DNA from: Candidatus Thorarchaeota archaeon
GTDB taxonomy: Archaea > Asgardarchaeota > Thorarchaeia > Thorarchaeales > Thorarchaeaceae
Assembly: GCA_011364985.1 (NCBI GenBank)
Contig: RDOC01000006.1
Location: 1-64,000 of the forward strand
Direction of reading: 5' to 3'
Length of the DNA stretch: 64,000 nucleotides
Shown here: piece by piece, positions 29,680-39,494 of the stretch
Layout of the letters: each line of letters starts with the position of its first letter
Position numbering within the stretch: position 1 is the stretch's first letter
The notes under the pieces: generated by a model
Seen by the model: only the letters and a program-made list of their open reading frames with translations
The model's database searches: none
What the model was told of the DNA's origin: nothing
Position numbers and translations under genes: made by a program

Positions 29680-30597
29680 ATGATGCGACGTCGAAGAGAG
29701 CCAACTGTTCTTGCTGTTCTAATGCTTATGTTGTCAGTGCAGGGTGCTAGTGGTACTCCAGACGGCATTGAGTATTCTCTTGGTCCCCAGGGCTTCGAGG
29801 TCACAGCGGGTGTATTCGCACTTAGTCTGACAGATGAAACTGGGCCGCACTATAATTTCTATGACAGAGTCGAGAATGAAACCGAACATCATGTGATGCT
29901 TCTCAGAGCTTTTGAGTATGTAGATGATAATCAGGATGGATTGTACAATGCTGAGAACGATTCCGTGGTCAATCCTTCAATTAGCTTTCAAACAGCAAGT
30001 TGGAGCTTTGGAGGATTTCTGACACAGGAAGACGAAGGGGTTGCTGTGGGACTTCAGTTCAACCTGAGTAGTGTTGGGGGATTTGCTCCACACCAGACTG
30101 AGCTAAGAGTGGTACTTCAGAATCAGATCCAAATACATAATCAAAACGCATTGAGATTTGGCTTTGTCGTAGATGGGTGGAATTGGGCAAGAGAGGATAC
30201 CAATCTAGCAATTGTCATGGCCTTAGGTACAGGAGACCGAGGACAGCAGATGCGAAGGCCAGAGATTACTCATCAGCCCAAGAACATCACTTTTGAAAAT
30301 GGATTCTTCGCATTTGATTCACCAGTGTTCTATGGTCAGAATCAGGCAGAATTGAATGTCAGCTTGGGAGGCGCAGTATCTCAGGGAGAAGGAGAACAGA
30401 TTCTGCTTTGTGTTCCCTACTTCGGAAATAATGTGCTTGTATGTGATACCTTGATTGGATTAGTCCAGGCATCGAGCATTCCAAGTACCACTCAGACAAC
30501 CACAACCCTGCTTGGTACAGACAGGCTGCTTCTGGTATCAGTAGGGGTTTCTGTGGTGATTGTAGTTGTTGCCCTATTGCAAAGAAAAGAAGAATGA
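29680..30597 (+). CDS. secreted, C-terminally anchored protein (paralog B)
   Basis: FEYVDDNQDG, W-x-F-x-G-F and DGWNW shared with paralogs A and C; Thr-rich linker and TM. Confidence 0.8.
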   Translation: MMRRRREPTVLAVLMLMLSVQGASGTPDGIEYSLGPQGFEVTAGVFALSLTDETGPHYNFYDRVENETEHHVMLLRAFEYVDDNQDGLYNAENDSVVNPSISFQTASWSFGGFLTQEDEGVAVGLQFNLSSVGGFAPHQTELRVVLQNQIQIHNQNALRFGFVVDGWNWAREDTNLAIVMALGTGDRGQQMRRPEITHQPKNITFENGFFAFDSPVFYGQNQAELNVSLGGAVSQGEGEQILLCVPYFGNNVLVCDTLIGLVQASSIPSTTQTTTTLLGTDRLLLVSVGVSVVIVVVALLQRKEE

Positions 30598-30605
30598 AAC
30601 TGGAA

Positions 30606-31346
30606 CTACTTCGTACCACGGCCGGCTCGGACTACCATGTTTCGGTCCCTCGAACTCAGAAAAGATGAATACTCGTAGTCTGAGAAGAACTCCAGGGAAG
30701 TAAAACCAGTTGCTGCAAGAGTTTCCTGAAGTAGCTTCTCGCTGAAGTGCTGTACCCTTTGTGTGAAAATGTCTGTCAACCAGTAGTTGCCCTTCTTGAG
30801 AAAGGAGGAAGCAACAAGCATGCTATAGTTGGCCTCAGGTTTATGTTGGAAGAATCTGGTGAAGAGTACTACATTTCCTTGGGGTAGCATCTCGCCCTTA
30901 ATTGGGAAGTATCTAAAGCCATGGGACAGAATCTCTTCGAAGTTTAGAAGCTGAAGTATGAAGTATCCTTCCTTTTTGAGGAGTCTACTGACCGATGTAA
31001 ACACATTCTTCAAGTCGTTCGTATCTGGAAGCAGAGCCAGAGAATTCCCAAGACAGATGATCAAGTCAAAACCCGGATCTGCAAGAGCCTCAAGATGACG
31101 CATATCGCCAACAATAAACTCAGGCGAACGCCGTTGTCTTGACGCGATCTTCTTCGCTTGACGAATCATTCCTTCACTCGAATCAAAGCCGATCACGTCA
31201 TGGCCTCTTGCCGAAAGATAGGTTGAATGACGACCGCTTCCACAAGCCATATCAAGAACCCGACCTTTCACTGGCAGAAAAGACGAAATGAAGGGGATCT
31301 CCCGGGCAAGTCTCCCTTCCCAGTCTATTGAGTTGTCGTAGGCCAA
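30606..31346 (-). CDS. class I SAM-dependent methyltransferase
   Basis: VLDMACGSGRH, GDMR and FDLIICLGNSL motifs. Confidence 0.9.
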   Translation of the reverse strand: MAYDNSIDWEGRLAREIPFISSFLPVKGRVLDMACGSGRHSTYLSARGHDVIGFDSSEGMIRQAKKIASRQRRSPEFIVGDMRHLEALADPGFDLIICLGNSLALLPDTNDLKNVFTSVSRLLKKEGYFILQLLNFEEILSHGFRYFPIKGEMLPQGNVVLFTRFFQHKPEANYSMLVASSFLKKGNYWLTDIFTQRVQHFSEKLLQETLAATGFTSLEFFSDYEYSSFLSSRDRNMVVRAGRGTK

Positions 31347-31380
31347 TGCAATTTCGTCGAGAAACAGGGCAATTCAGCCT

Positions 31381-32190
31381 CTAAGTCCTTGGTGCGTTCA
31401 ATTCCTCAGGCAAGAAAAGCACACGACCTTCCATTCCACCCGCAACATTGATGGTCGCACCTGATACGTGACCTGAGAGCTGGTCAGACGATAGGTAGAG
31501 GATTGTATTTGCTATGTCTGAAGGCTGCGCAACCTTTCTCAATGGAACTGTTTGAAGAATCCGTTTCATCATATCAGTGTCATTCAATGCGCCTTCAGCC
31601 ATTGGTGTACGAGTCCAACCAGGATTCACAAGATTTACGCGACCCTTTCTAGCCACATGGACTATCTCATTTTTCAAGCTCATTAAGAGACCGTGCATAC
31701 CGGCCTTTGAGGCTGAATAGTCACAATACCAAGCCTCTCCAAAGTATCCAGCCGTCGAGCCAATTAGAATTAGAGATGCATTATCACCACTTTTTTCTTC
31801 AAGATTAAGAAAGAAGTACTTGGCAGAAAGAAATGCGCCAGTAAGATTAACAGAGATTGTTTCTTGCCATTGGTCAAGCCCTAGGTCTTGTATCGCCTTT
31901 CCTTCATGATGCGCAATTCCAGCATTGGCCACGAGAATATCAACACGCCCAAAGCGTTCCACGGCGCTATGGAACAGAGCACTAACTTGTGATTCATCAC
32001 AGATGTCTACTCTGATAACAGCTAGCTGTTCACCCCAAGACGATTCGAGTTCCGTAAGTTGTTTCTTGGAAGTGCAGTATGTAGCACTGACTCTAGCACC
32101 TTCTTGTAAGAAAGCTCTAGTACACTCGAAACCGATTCCTCCAGAAGCTCCAGTAATCAAAACATGCCTGCCTCTTATACCCATGTCCAT
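31381..32190 (-). CDS. short-chain dehydrogenase/reductase
   Basis: TGASGGIG, ANAG and YSASK motifs. Confidence 0.93.
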   Translation of the reverse strand: MDMGIRGRHVLITGASGGIGFECTRAFLQEGARVSATYCTSKKQLTELESSWGEQLAVIRVDICDESQVSALFHSAVERFGRVDILVANAGIAHHEGKAIQDLGLDQWQETISVNLTGAFLSAKYFFLNLEEKSGDNASLILIGSTAGYFGEAWYCDYSASKAGMHGLLMSLKNEIVHVARKGRVNLVNPGWTRTPMAEGALNDTDMMKRILQTVPLRKVAQPSDIANTILYLSSDQLSGHVSGATINVAGGMEGRVLFLPEELNAPRT

Positions 32191-32279
32191 CAGCGTTATC
32201 CTCCGATTTCGTTAATGCCCCCATCGTGTAGTCCGCCCTTTCAAGGCTTTTGAATGAGGACCGAGGCTCTCGAAACTAC

Positions 32280-32338
32280 TTCGAGAAGACTCGAAATTAT
32301 ATTTCCATAGACATCGAATGGAATGATTATATACATAT
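32280..32338 (+). promoter_or_regulatory. conserved promoter/operator block of paralog C
   Basis: 46/59 nt identical to the reverse complement of 28670-28728; TTATATA about 35 nt before the ATG. Confidence 0.7.
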
Positions 32339-32364
32339 CTTAGAGAACATAATGTGGTGATTCG

Positions 32365-33327
32365 ATGATCACAACCCGAACTAAACTGATGTTTTCAATG
32401 GTCTTAGTGGCCCTTCTGACTTCTGTGCCATTTGTGGCTGCTCAAGAAGGAGGTATTCAGTATCAGCACGCCAATAGTGTTGTCACGGTTACAACTGATG
32501 CCATAGGTGTCAAAGTCACTGCTTTCAACCAAGTGCCCCATTTCACAATATGGGATGAGAATGATACAACTCCTGGGACGGACTATCATGTGACCTTCAT
32601 CAACCTATTCGAAGCTAATGACACAGATGGAGATGGAGTCTATGACCCTGAAGTCGATCACAGATACGGTGATCCTTTCACACTGCCTACAAGCGACTGG
32701 TCCTTCAGTGGCTTTCAGGAGGAGTATGATGGGGACGATGTAATTGCTGTGCATTTCAACTTCACTAATGAAGACACATTCACCCCAACACCGACAGCCC
32801 CATACATGCTTGCAGATGCACCCAGCACCATGGATCTAGAGATCGAGATTCGTGTGCACATTAATGCAACATACATAGACAGGATGAAGTTTGACCTTGC
32901 TCTGGACGGATGGGAATGGATGTATGAGGGCTCAATCTTGGTATTCCAGTTTGCTATTTCAGATAGTGAACACGGTGCAAATCAAGGCACTGGTGCGCCC
33001 ACTGATTTTGCAGAAGATGAATCAGGCTACAAGTTCACTTTTGGTGAGGCTTGGATGGAATGTGCCAACTTCGCGTATGCAGAGAATGGTACACATCAGA
33101 GCCAGGTTCAGGTTAAGGCATCTCACGGCTCTGGTGGGCAGGGCTCTATCGGCAATGCGGTTTATATAGCATTCGAGTACTTCGGCAACAATTCGTTGGA
33201 CTATGACCCAACATTGGGCATTTTGTCCGAGGAAGTACTACCCATACCCACTGAAACCCTATTGATAGTAGGTGGTGCAGTAATCGTCCTAGTTGTCATA
33301 GCCATTGTACTTAAGATGCGGAAATAA
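32365..33327 (+). CDS. secreted, C-terminally anchored protein (paralog C)
   Basis: GIQYQ, NQVPHF, FEANDTDGDG and YDPTLG shared with paralog A. Confidence 0.82.
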   Translation: MITTRTKLMFSMVLVALLTSVPFVAAQEGGIQYQHANSVVTVTTDAIGVKVTAFNQVPHFTIWDENDTTPGTDYHVTFINLFEANDTDGDGVYDPEVDHRYGDPFTLPTSDWSFSGFQEEYDGDDVIAVHFNFTNEDTFTPTPTAPYMLADAPSTMDLEIEIRVHINATYIDRMKFDLALDGWEWMYEGSILVFQFAISDSEHGANQGTGAPTDFAEDESGYKFTFGEAWMECANFAYAENGTHQSQVQVKASHGSGGQGSIGNAVYIAFEYFGNNSLDYDPTLGILSEEVLPIPTETLLIVGGAVIVLVVIAIVLKMRK

Positions 33328-33355
33328 CCGAACAACTCTATAGCCTAACACAAAA

Positions 33356-33403
33356 ACGTCCTGCCGAACAATGAGGGGCTTGACAGGACGTCGATCTTTT
33401 TTT
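33356..33403 (+). terminator. hairpin plus T-tract between convergent genes
   Basis: ACGTCCTG...CAGGACGT followed by a T run. Confidence 0.5.
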
Positions 33404-33707
33404 AAGCGCTATTTCCCAAAAGAATCAGATTCAGCTGAGAAGCCATCAATGAATCGTGACCATGTATGTTGATAATCTCTCGGGCTTTCTCTAGATTCGG
33501 AGCATAGAGACACTGACGCATGTCTTGTAGATTAGGTATCTTTACTATGAGCTTCTGTTGCAGCAGCCGACGCAGAGCATAAGTCACCGTTCGTTCAGGC
33601 ACCTTAGATTGCCTGCTAATCTCCTTAGGAGCAAGGGGTCCTGCTCGCGCAATACTCCGAAGCACTGCGAAAAGACTGTGGGGCAATCCTTTTTCCAGCA
33701 TCATCAC
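33402..33707 (-). CDS. small winged-HTH regulator
   Basis: PERTVTYALRRL...PNLQDMRQ; paralog of 8587..8862. Confidence 0.8.
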   Translation of the reverse strand: MMMLEKGLPHSLFAVLRSIARAGPLAPKEISRQSKVPERTVTYALRRLLQQKLIVKIPNLQDMRQCLYAPNLEKAREIINIHGHDSLMASQLNLILLGNSA

Positions 33708-35206
33708 CTCGTCCGACGAATGACTACAACCACCATAATGACAAACAAGCTCGCACTACCGACAACCAGCAATATCGTAGGATATAAGGCACTTCCAGAA
33801 AGAACTTGCCGGAGTGCAGCTGCAAATGAGTCCCATGAGTCAGCTATAACTTCGAGATGATCCCCAATTATTGTCACATTATCCAAGTAGGGAGCTATCG
33901 CAGTTTCCAGATCGCATTGTATGTTGTATTCTTCTGAAAGACCAATGATTGTGTCCCAAACAAGGGAGCCTCCCAACTCGCTGGGGTTAGTACATATTAG
34001 AGTTGTATTATTACTGAGTGCTGCCAAGTGGGGAAGCGCTTCCGTACCAATAGAGATTGCATTTGTCAAATCAAAGCTAGGAAATAAACCAGGCAATTCC
34101 TGAAGTGCCGTTCGAAAGGAGAGATACTGCAGTGTGCAGGTGAACTCGGTCATATACCCGAGGTGCCAAATCGCTGCTACTCGGCTTTGATGATTGTCAA
34201 ATTCATCTAACAAAAGCGAAAGGCCTTGAAGATTAAGATCAAGGCTCAAAGCACGGAATGCATCCGCACCGAATATCAGGAAGAATAGGTCTTCCTGCGA
34301 TGGTGCGTATGAAGTTCTATTCCCTTCAAGACGGTCGCAAATGAAATCAATCAGTCTAGATTGTATATCTGAAACCGGATTGGATTCAGGTCGAACTAGG
34401 ACTGTCAAATAACCCAAGGCACTCCATGCAATGCTTAGATTTGTATAGCTGACCTCATAGTACCAGCGACCATCAGATGGATAGCCGAAGTATTCTCCGA
34501 AAGAGCCAACTCCAGGATCTACAATCCAAGCAGTTTGTGATGTGTCGTTATAGCCAACAACCACTACAGAATGCCCAGCACCTGACAGGTCGAAGGTGAC
34601 GCCCAGTTCGCGAACGATGTCATAGTCCTTTGGTGGAAGGTAGTAAAGATCAGTTGCAATTACTAGAGGATACCCTTCGTCAATAGAGTTCCGCATCAGG
34701 TTCAACGCTTCGTTTGGACCGTCGAAGGCCGTATAATCCAGACCCCATATTCCCATTGCCTGAGCGTAGAGTTCTGCAAAATCAGAGTGTCTGTCAATGT
34801 ACAGTGAGTAATTCAGCCCATAGATTTCACTAATGAAATCGAGGGGGACCATCTGCCTATACCCTGCTCCTGGGAGAATGGTCATGACATCTTCATACCT
34901 TACATATGCAGCAGAGAACCCGATTCCTGAAATGGCAAACAACTCATGTAGGTTCATATCTACTCCAGCAGAACGAAGCGCCATTGTTGATGAAGCCCAA
35001 TGACAGAATCCACTGATCTCTTGCCATTGATATTTTATCTCAGATACATGTCCATATCCTTCAGTTGCAGTAGAACGTGGACTCTCAATCGCTACATTCT
35101 GAGGAGAGTAACTTGGTTGAGGGATTTGACTCAGAAGAAACAATAGTGCTGTAGCGACCATCATCATCTTGTGATTCTCAGTGATTCTCAGCACGGTTAC
35201 CTCCAT
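33704..35206 (-). CDS. membrane-anchored papain-fold (C39/BtrH-like) protein
   Basis: Signal peptide; Q-x-x-x-x-x-C (QEISGFCHWAS), GHSVVVVGY and IVDP; C-terminal TM. Confidence 0.7.
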   Translation of the reverse strand: MEVTVLRITENHKMMMVATALLFLLSQIPQPSYSPQNVAIESPRSTATEGYGHVSEIKYQWQEISGFCHWASSTMALRSAGVDMNLHELFAISGIGFSAAYVRYEDVMTILPGAGYRQMVPLDFISEIYGLNYSLYIDRHSDFAELYAQAMGIWGLDYTAFDGPNEALNLMRNSIDEGYPLVIATDLYYLPPKDYDIVRELGVTFDLSGAGHSVVVVGYNDTSQTAWIVDPGVGSFGEYFGYPSDGRWYYEVSYTNLSIAWSALGYLTVLVRPESNPVSDIQSRLIDFICDRLEGNRTSYAPSQEDLFFLIFGADAFRALSLDLNLQGLSLLLDEFDNHQSRVAAIWHLGYMTEFTCTLQYLSFRTALQELPGLFPSFDLTNAISIGTEALPHLAALSNNTTLICTNPSELGGSLVWDTIIGLSEEYNIQCDLETAIAPYLDNVTIIGDHLEVIADSWDSFAAALRQVLSGSALYPTILLVVGSASLFVIMVVVVIRRTR

Positions 35207-35973
35207 GACAGCAGAGAAGTTCGATCAATCTTACCTCCAATGATCTGCAGATAGGCATCCTCCAAATCATCAACTCCAGTTGAGGTGACAATTTCAGCAG
35301 GTGAGCCCACTACCACTAGAGCCCCATCGTTGATTATCCCGACAATGTCACAGACGTCCTCTGCGAAGGAGGTCTGGTGTGTACAGATGAAGAAGGTAGT
35401 TTCCATCTCTTCGGCCAGTGCGTGAATCAGGTCTTTGACAAGTGCACCGGCACTGGGATCAAGCCTTGAGGTGGGTTCGTCCAAAAAGACCACGCGTGGC
35501 TCATGAAGCAAAGCGGAAGCCACAAGGACCTTTTGCTTCATTCCACTGGAGTAGGTCTCCAATAGGTCATCTTGTCGTCCCTCCAATCCGAGCAGTGAGA
35601 GAAGCCTATCAATTCTCTTGTGAAGGACTTCACCCTTGAGGCTGTTCAACGTACCAATGAATTCGAGAAACTCTGTCGCTGATAGCTTGGAATAAAGACC
35701 AGGAGACTCCGGAAGAAGTCCCGTTGACTTTCGCACATCACTAGCTTGAGACAAGATATCCATGCCCAGAACTTCAGCAGTACCTGAGGTAGGCTTCATC
35801 AGTCCTGAGAGCATGCGAACTGTCGTTGTCTTGCCTGCTCCATTGGGGCCCAAGAAGCCAAATCGGCTGCCTGAGGCCACTTCCAAGTCCACGTTTCTCA
35901 CGGCATGAACTGGACCAAAGGTCTTGCTTAGCAAATGGGTCTTAATGGAGATACCATTGTTTCGAGATGTCAC
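35197..35973 (-). CDS. ABC-2-type exporter ATPase
   Basis: GPNGAGKTT, YSSGMKQK and FLDEPT motifs. Confidence 0.95.
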   Translation of the reverse strand: MTSRNNGISIKTHLLSKTFGPVHAVRNVDLEVASGSRFGFLGPNGAGKTTTVRMLSGLMKPTSGTAEVLGMDILSQASDVRKSTGLLPESPGLYSKLSATEFLEFIGTLNSLKGEVLHKRIDRLLSLLGLEGRQDDLLETYSSGMKQKVLVASALLHEPRVVFLDEPTSRLDPSAGALVKDLIHALAEEMETTFFICTHQTSFAEDVCDIVGIINDGALVVVGSPAEIVTSTGVDDLEDAYLQIIGGKIDRTSLLSWR

Positions 35974-35978
35974 TTTAG

Positions 35979-37715
35979 CTACACCTCCACCTTACCGAGG
36001 CTTCGAATGCCAAGAGTCATCATTGCTAAGCCAACAAACAGCAATGTGCTGGGGCCTACAATGGTTATCATGAACCACAAACCATCGACATGGAGCACAC
36101 TCTCGATTACCGCAAGGACATCAATACCAAGACCAAGGGTCAAGAAAAGGTCAAGGAATAGTGGCCCTAGCAGAGTGAACTCCGTCAACAGCATCGATGT
36201 CATTAGAACAGTCTGATGCGCAGGCGACTTGGTATCCTCATAGTCTGGGTTCTGAGCGGTTGCACCCATGGCGATCATGACGGCACCACAGACAACTATG
36301 TAAGCAGAGATGAAGATCTGTGCCGCGAGTAATGGTGGCAGAGCGAACATTATGATCATCGCGATCGTAGGAGCACCACTAAGTGGAACCGCCATTAGGA
36401 ATCCAGTGGCCAACCGAGCTCTCATGAATCGAGAAGCTCCTTTTGGAGCAGACCGAATTATCCAAAGCTGGTCTTTGCTCTCCAAGAAGCCAGTACCAGC
36501 AAATGGAAAGACACCAACTATTCCTATCATTATGCTAATCATTGGTAGGATCTCATCGACTACGAATATTTCGCCTTCTATGATGCTCATTTGACGGATG
36601 ATGATTGGCAGAATAATCGCCAATACAACTCCGTAGAAGATCTTTGATAGGTTCTGGGCCTTTCTTCCGAAGTCCTTCAGACTCACAATAGTGAGAGCTC
36701 CAAATGGACCCTTAGCCACCCTGCGAATGCCTCTGAGAATGATATTGTCACGACCGACAGTGGTGACAGATTCGGTCCGCGCTCCCGCACCTATTGTGAA
36801 TATTCTGTCAGCGGCAGCAATAGCAATGGGAACCCATAGAAAACCAAATGTGACTGTCAATATGGCGCTCTGAATAATATCAAATTTGAGTATAGATGCG
36901 AAACCTATAATCTGCCCTCCAGTTAGTCCAATCCCGTTGAAGGTTATGGCAATCCAACTAACCAGATCAGCTGGCCAAGTAAAGGGCATGATAAGAAAAG
37001 CATCCATGCCAAGTAGCTCTGACAACTGCGGCATGAAAAACATCAGTCCATACATTGGAATGATCACTACCAAAGCAATCACAAAGGAAAGGGCCTTTGC
37101 AATGTCATTGCCTCGTGAAGAGTCTCCAAGTCTGGCCTGAATAATAGAAGTTAGGAAATTTGCAAGCCATAGAGTAGAAATAACCATGAAGGCCAAGCTT
37201 GCATAAACAAGCATCTGACCCAATAATGGAACTTCGAATGCCGCCATAAAGGGAGATATCAAAACAGGAGCAACCAGAATCACGATAAGGCCATACAAGG
37301 GCATTTTACCCAGAAAGGTACCAGCCAAGATGTCCTTTGTTTTTACATCGTTGGAGAGATATATCTCCCACTGGCCAATCTTGATCTCCTGTAGACTATA
37401 AGACAGGGGGTATAGCAAAAGGAGTGCCCATAGAAAGAGAATGACCGTTCTCATTAAACCTGGGAACATAACCATTAGTAGGGTTCGCATCACATCCATT
37501 GGCATTATAATCTCAAGAATGCCAACAATTATCATTGGGGCCAGATATGAAGCCCACACTGTTGCAAGCGTGTAGAGCAACACAGTTCCAATAGCCCGAT
37601 GCTTTCTGAAACCTGAAGTCATAACATAGAACTCTGCTTTAGCTATATGATACCAAGAACCTGTCATCACTTCACCTCCAAGCAAGGAGTGCCTCGCGGT
37701 CGACCTTTCCACCAA
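35979..37715 (-). CDS. ABC exporter permease (about 12-14 TM)
   Basis: Large multi-TM ORF overlapping or adjacent to two ATPase genes. Confidence 0.8.
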   Translation of the reverse strand: MVERSTARHSLLGGEVMTGSWYHIAKAEFYVMTSGFRKHRAIGTVLLYTLATVWASYLAPMIIVGILEIIMPMDVMRTLLMVMFPGLMRTVILFLWALLLLYPLSYSLQEIKIGQWEIYLSNDVKTKDILAGTFLGKMPLYGLIVILVAPVLISPFMAAFEVPLLGQMLVYASLAFMVISTLWLANFLTSIIQARLGDSSRGNDIAKALSFVIALVVIIPMYGLMFFMPQLSELLGMDAFLIMPFTWPADLVSWIAITFNGIGLTGGQIIGFASILKFDIIQSAILTVTFGFLWVPIAIAAADRIFTIGAGARTESVTTVGRDNIILRGIRRVAKGPFGALTIVSLKDFGRKAQNLSKIFYGVVLAIILPIIIRQMSIIEGEIFVVDEILPMISIMIGIVGVFPFAGTGFLESKDQLWIIRSAPKGASRFMRARLATGFLMAVPLSGAPTIAMIIMFALPPLLAAQIFISAYIVVCGAVMIAMGATAQNPDYEDTKSPAHQTVLMTSMLLTEFTLLGPLFLDLFLTLGLGIDVLAVIESVLHVDGLWFMITIVGPSTLLFVGLAMMTLGIRSLGKVEV

Positions 37716-38448
37716 CGATTCTCAAGTAGGCGTCTTCTAGGTCTCCGGCACCAGCTGAGTCAACAATTTCTTGAGGTGAACCACGAGCGACTACCCCACC
37801 CTGATTCAGAATGCCTATGACATCACACACATCTTCAGCAAATCCTGTCATGTGTGTACAAATGAAGAAGGTCGTGTCTGTTTCCTCGGAGAGGACGAGA
37901 ATCAAGTCCTTCACGACGGCACTGGCACTCGGATCAAGCCTTGATGTAGGTTCATCAAGGAACACGAGCTTGGGATTGTGTAGAAGAGTTGAGGCAACTA
38001 GAACCTTCTGTTTCATTCCAGAGGAGTAGGACTCTAATAGGTCATCCTGTCGTCCTTCGAGCCCAAGCACACCAAGTAAACTGTCTATACGTCTATGAAG
38101 TTTTTCATCACTCTGACCATTGAGAGCTCCTATGAACTCCAGGAATTCAACAGCAGAGAGCTTTGAGTAAAGGCCGGGTGTTTCAGGAAGTAAGCCTGTG
38201 ATCGCCTTGATCGAGTCACGGTCTCTGCTGACATCAATGCCACAGACTTCAGCATAACCACTTGTCTGCCGCAATAGACCTGATAGTATTCGAACTGTAG
38301 TCGTCTTGCCTGCACCGTTGGGGCCTAGAAATCCGAAACGATTTCCTGACAACACTTCCAAGTCTAGATTTCTGATGGCCTGAACTGGACCAAAGGCCTT
38401 GTTCAGCCGTTCTGTACGAATTGATACGCCATTTCTAGCCAAAGTCAT
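37672..38448 (-). CDS. ABC-2-type exporter ATPase (paralog)
   Basis: Same Walker and signature motifs; both ATPases are 258 aa. Confidence 0.95.
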   Translation of the reverse strand: MTLARNGVSIRTERLNKAFGPVQAIRNLDLEVLSGNRFGFLGPNGAGKTTTVRILSGLLRQTSGYAEVCGIDVSRDRDSIKAITGLLPETPGLYSKLSAVEFLEFIGALNGQSDEKLHRRIDSLLGVLGLEGRQDDLLESYSSGMKQKVLVASTLLHNPKLVFLDEPTSRLDPSASAVVKDLILVLSEETDTTFFICTHMTGFAEDVCDVIGILNQGGVVARGSPQEIVDSAGAGDLEDAYLRIVGGKVDREALLAWR

Positions 38449-38504
38449 TCACCAATTGTCTTCTGGACGCCCTAAGTTAATGCAAGGACATGTGTATAAT
38501 TTCT

Positions 38505-38560
38505 GGTAAACATTTACCGATAAAATCTTATATAATTTGCGTATGAAGTAAACATTAACC
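38505..38560. promoter_or_regulatory. two palindromic operator copies flanking a TATA element
   Basis: GGTAAACATTTACC (38505-38518) and AGTAAACATTAACC (38547-38560) around TTATATAA. Confidence 0.6.
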
Positions 38561-38833
38561 ACATTCTCTCGTCAGCCCTCTGATGACAATGAATTCAAGT
38601 TTCATGATTGTGTCTGTATAGCCTAAGTGAACAGGCTAGTCGACTAGTATCGTTCGTACATGAACCACACCAAGGCTATGAAAGATCATAAAGAGTCATC
38701 CCTGATGCTGGAGCATAACTAGTCTCCCTCTCTGGACCATCCACTCAATAGGAGAATATCAAGGTGGGATGCTCTACATCTGCTTATCTATCGCAACAAG
38801 GAATAGGAGCAAGGAGTTCGGCGAATAACTAGT

Positions 38834-39424
38834 CTATAGTAGGCTCAGCAATATCACCATAGCGAAAAGGACAATGATCAATCCGATGCAACAGAGCAAT
38901 CTGCATCCGCAGCTGGTGCCCTTGAAGAAGATACGATCAACCACGATGGCAGATGTCACTGCGTGGGCCCAATCCATATAGTCGCCGACTTCAACAAGAA
39001 ATCGGTCGCGAATGGCGAGAATCTTCTTGTTGAGTCTGAAAGCGAAGAGTCCGCTACTGCTAAATGCCTCAAATCCCCAAGCCAGCAAACCACCCTGAGC
39101 CTTGATCTCTTCATCTCTGTAGAATAGCTTGAAGTTCTTCCTCACGGCTATCCATGGCCTAGTTAGCTTGACAGTCTTGTTACCATCTCTGTCCAGAATC
39201 CAGAAGGTCTTATCGAAAAATCCACCCTTGGCTGTCAGAATTCTGTTCCCCTGCATATCCTCCAAGTTGACGGTGGACCTAAGGAAACTGAGCCAAGTCT
39301 GACGTGCGACGCCAACCTGTTGCCCGTTTGCTTCATCAAAAATCTCATAAACTGGTCTCATAGCCATTATTTTCTGTTGTACGATATAATTGTGATATCC
39401 TGATTTCTCTGGAGTAACGTCCAA
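38834..39424 (-). CDS. LURP-one/scramblase-like protein with C-terminal TM
   Basis: YIVQQKIMAMRPVYEIFDE...KKILAIRDRF beta-barrel pattern; Cys cluster and TM tail. Confidence 0.7.
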   Translation of the reverse strand: MDVTPEKSGYHNYIVQQKIMAMRPVYEIFDEANGQQVGVARQTWLSFLRSTVNLEDMQGNRILTAKGGFFDKTFWILDRDGNKTVKLTRPWIAVRKNFKLFYRDEEIKAQGGLLAWGFEAFSSSGLFAFRLNKKILAIRDRFLVEVGDYMDWAHAVTSAIVVDRIFFKGTSCGCRLLCCIGLIIVLFAMVILLSLL

Positions 39425-39494
39425 TTACTTACCCTCCACATAGTGGAATTGCAATCCTCCTAATAAGAGTTGGGCAGTTGTCGGAGTGAATGTG

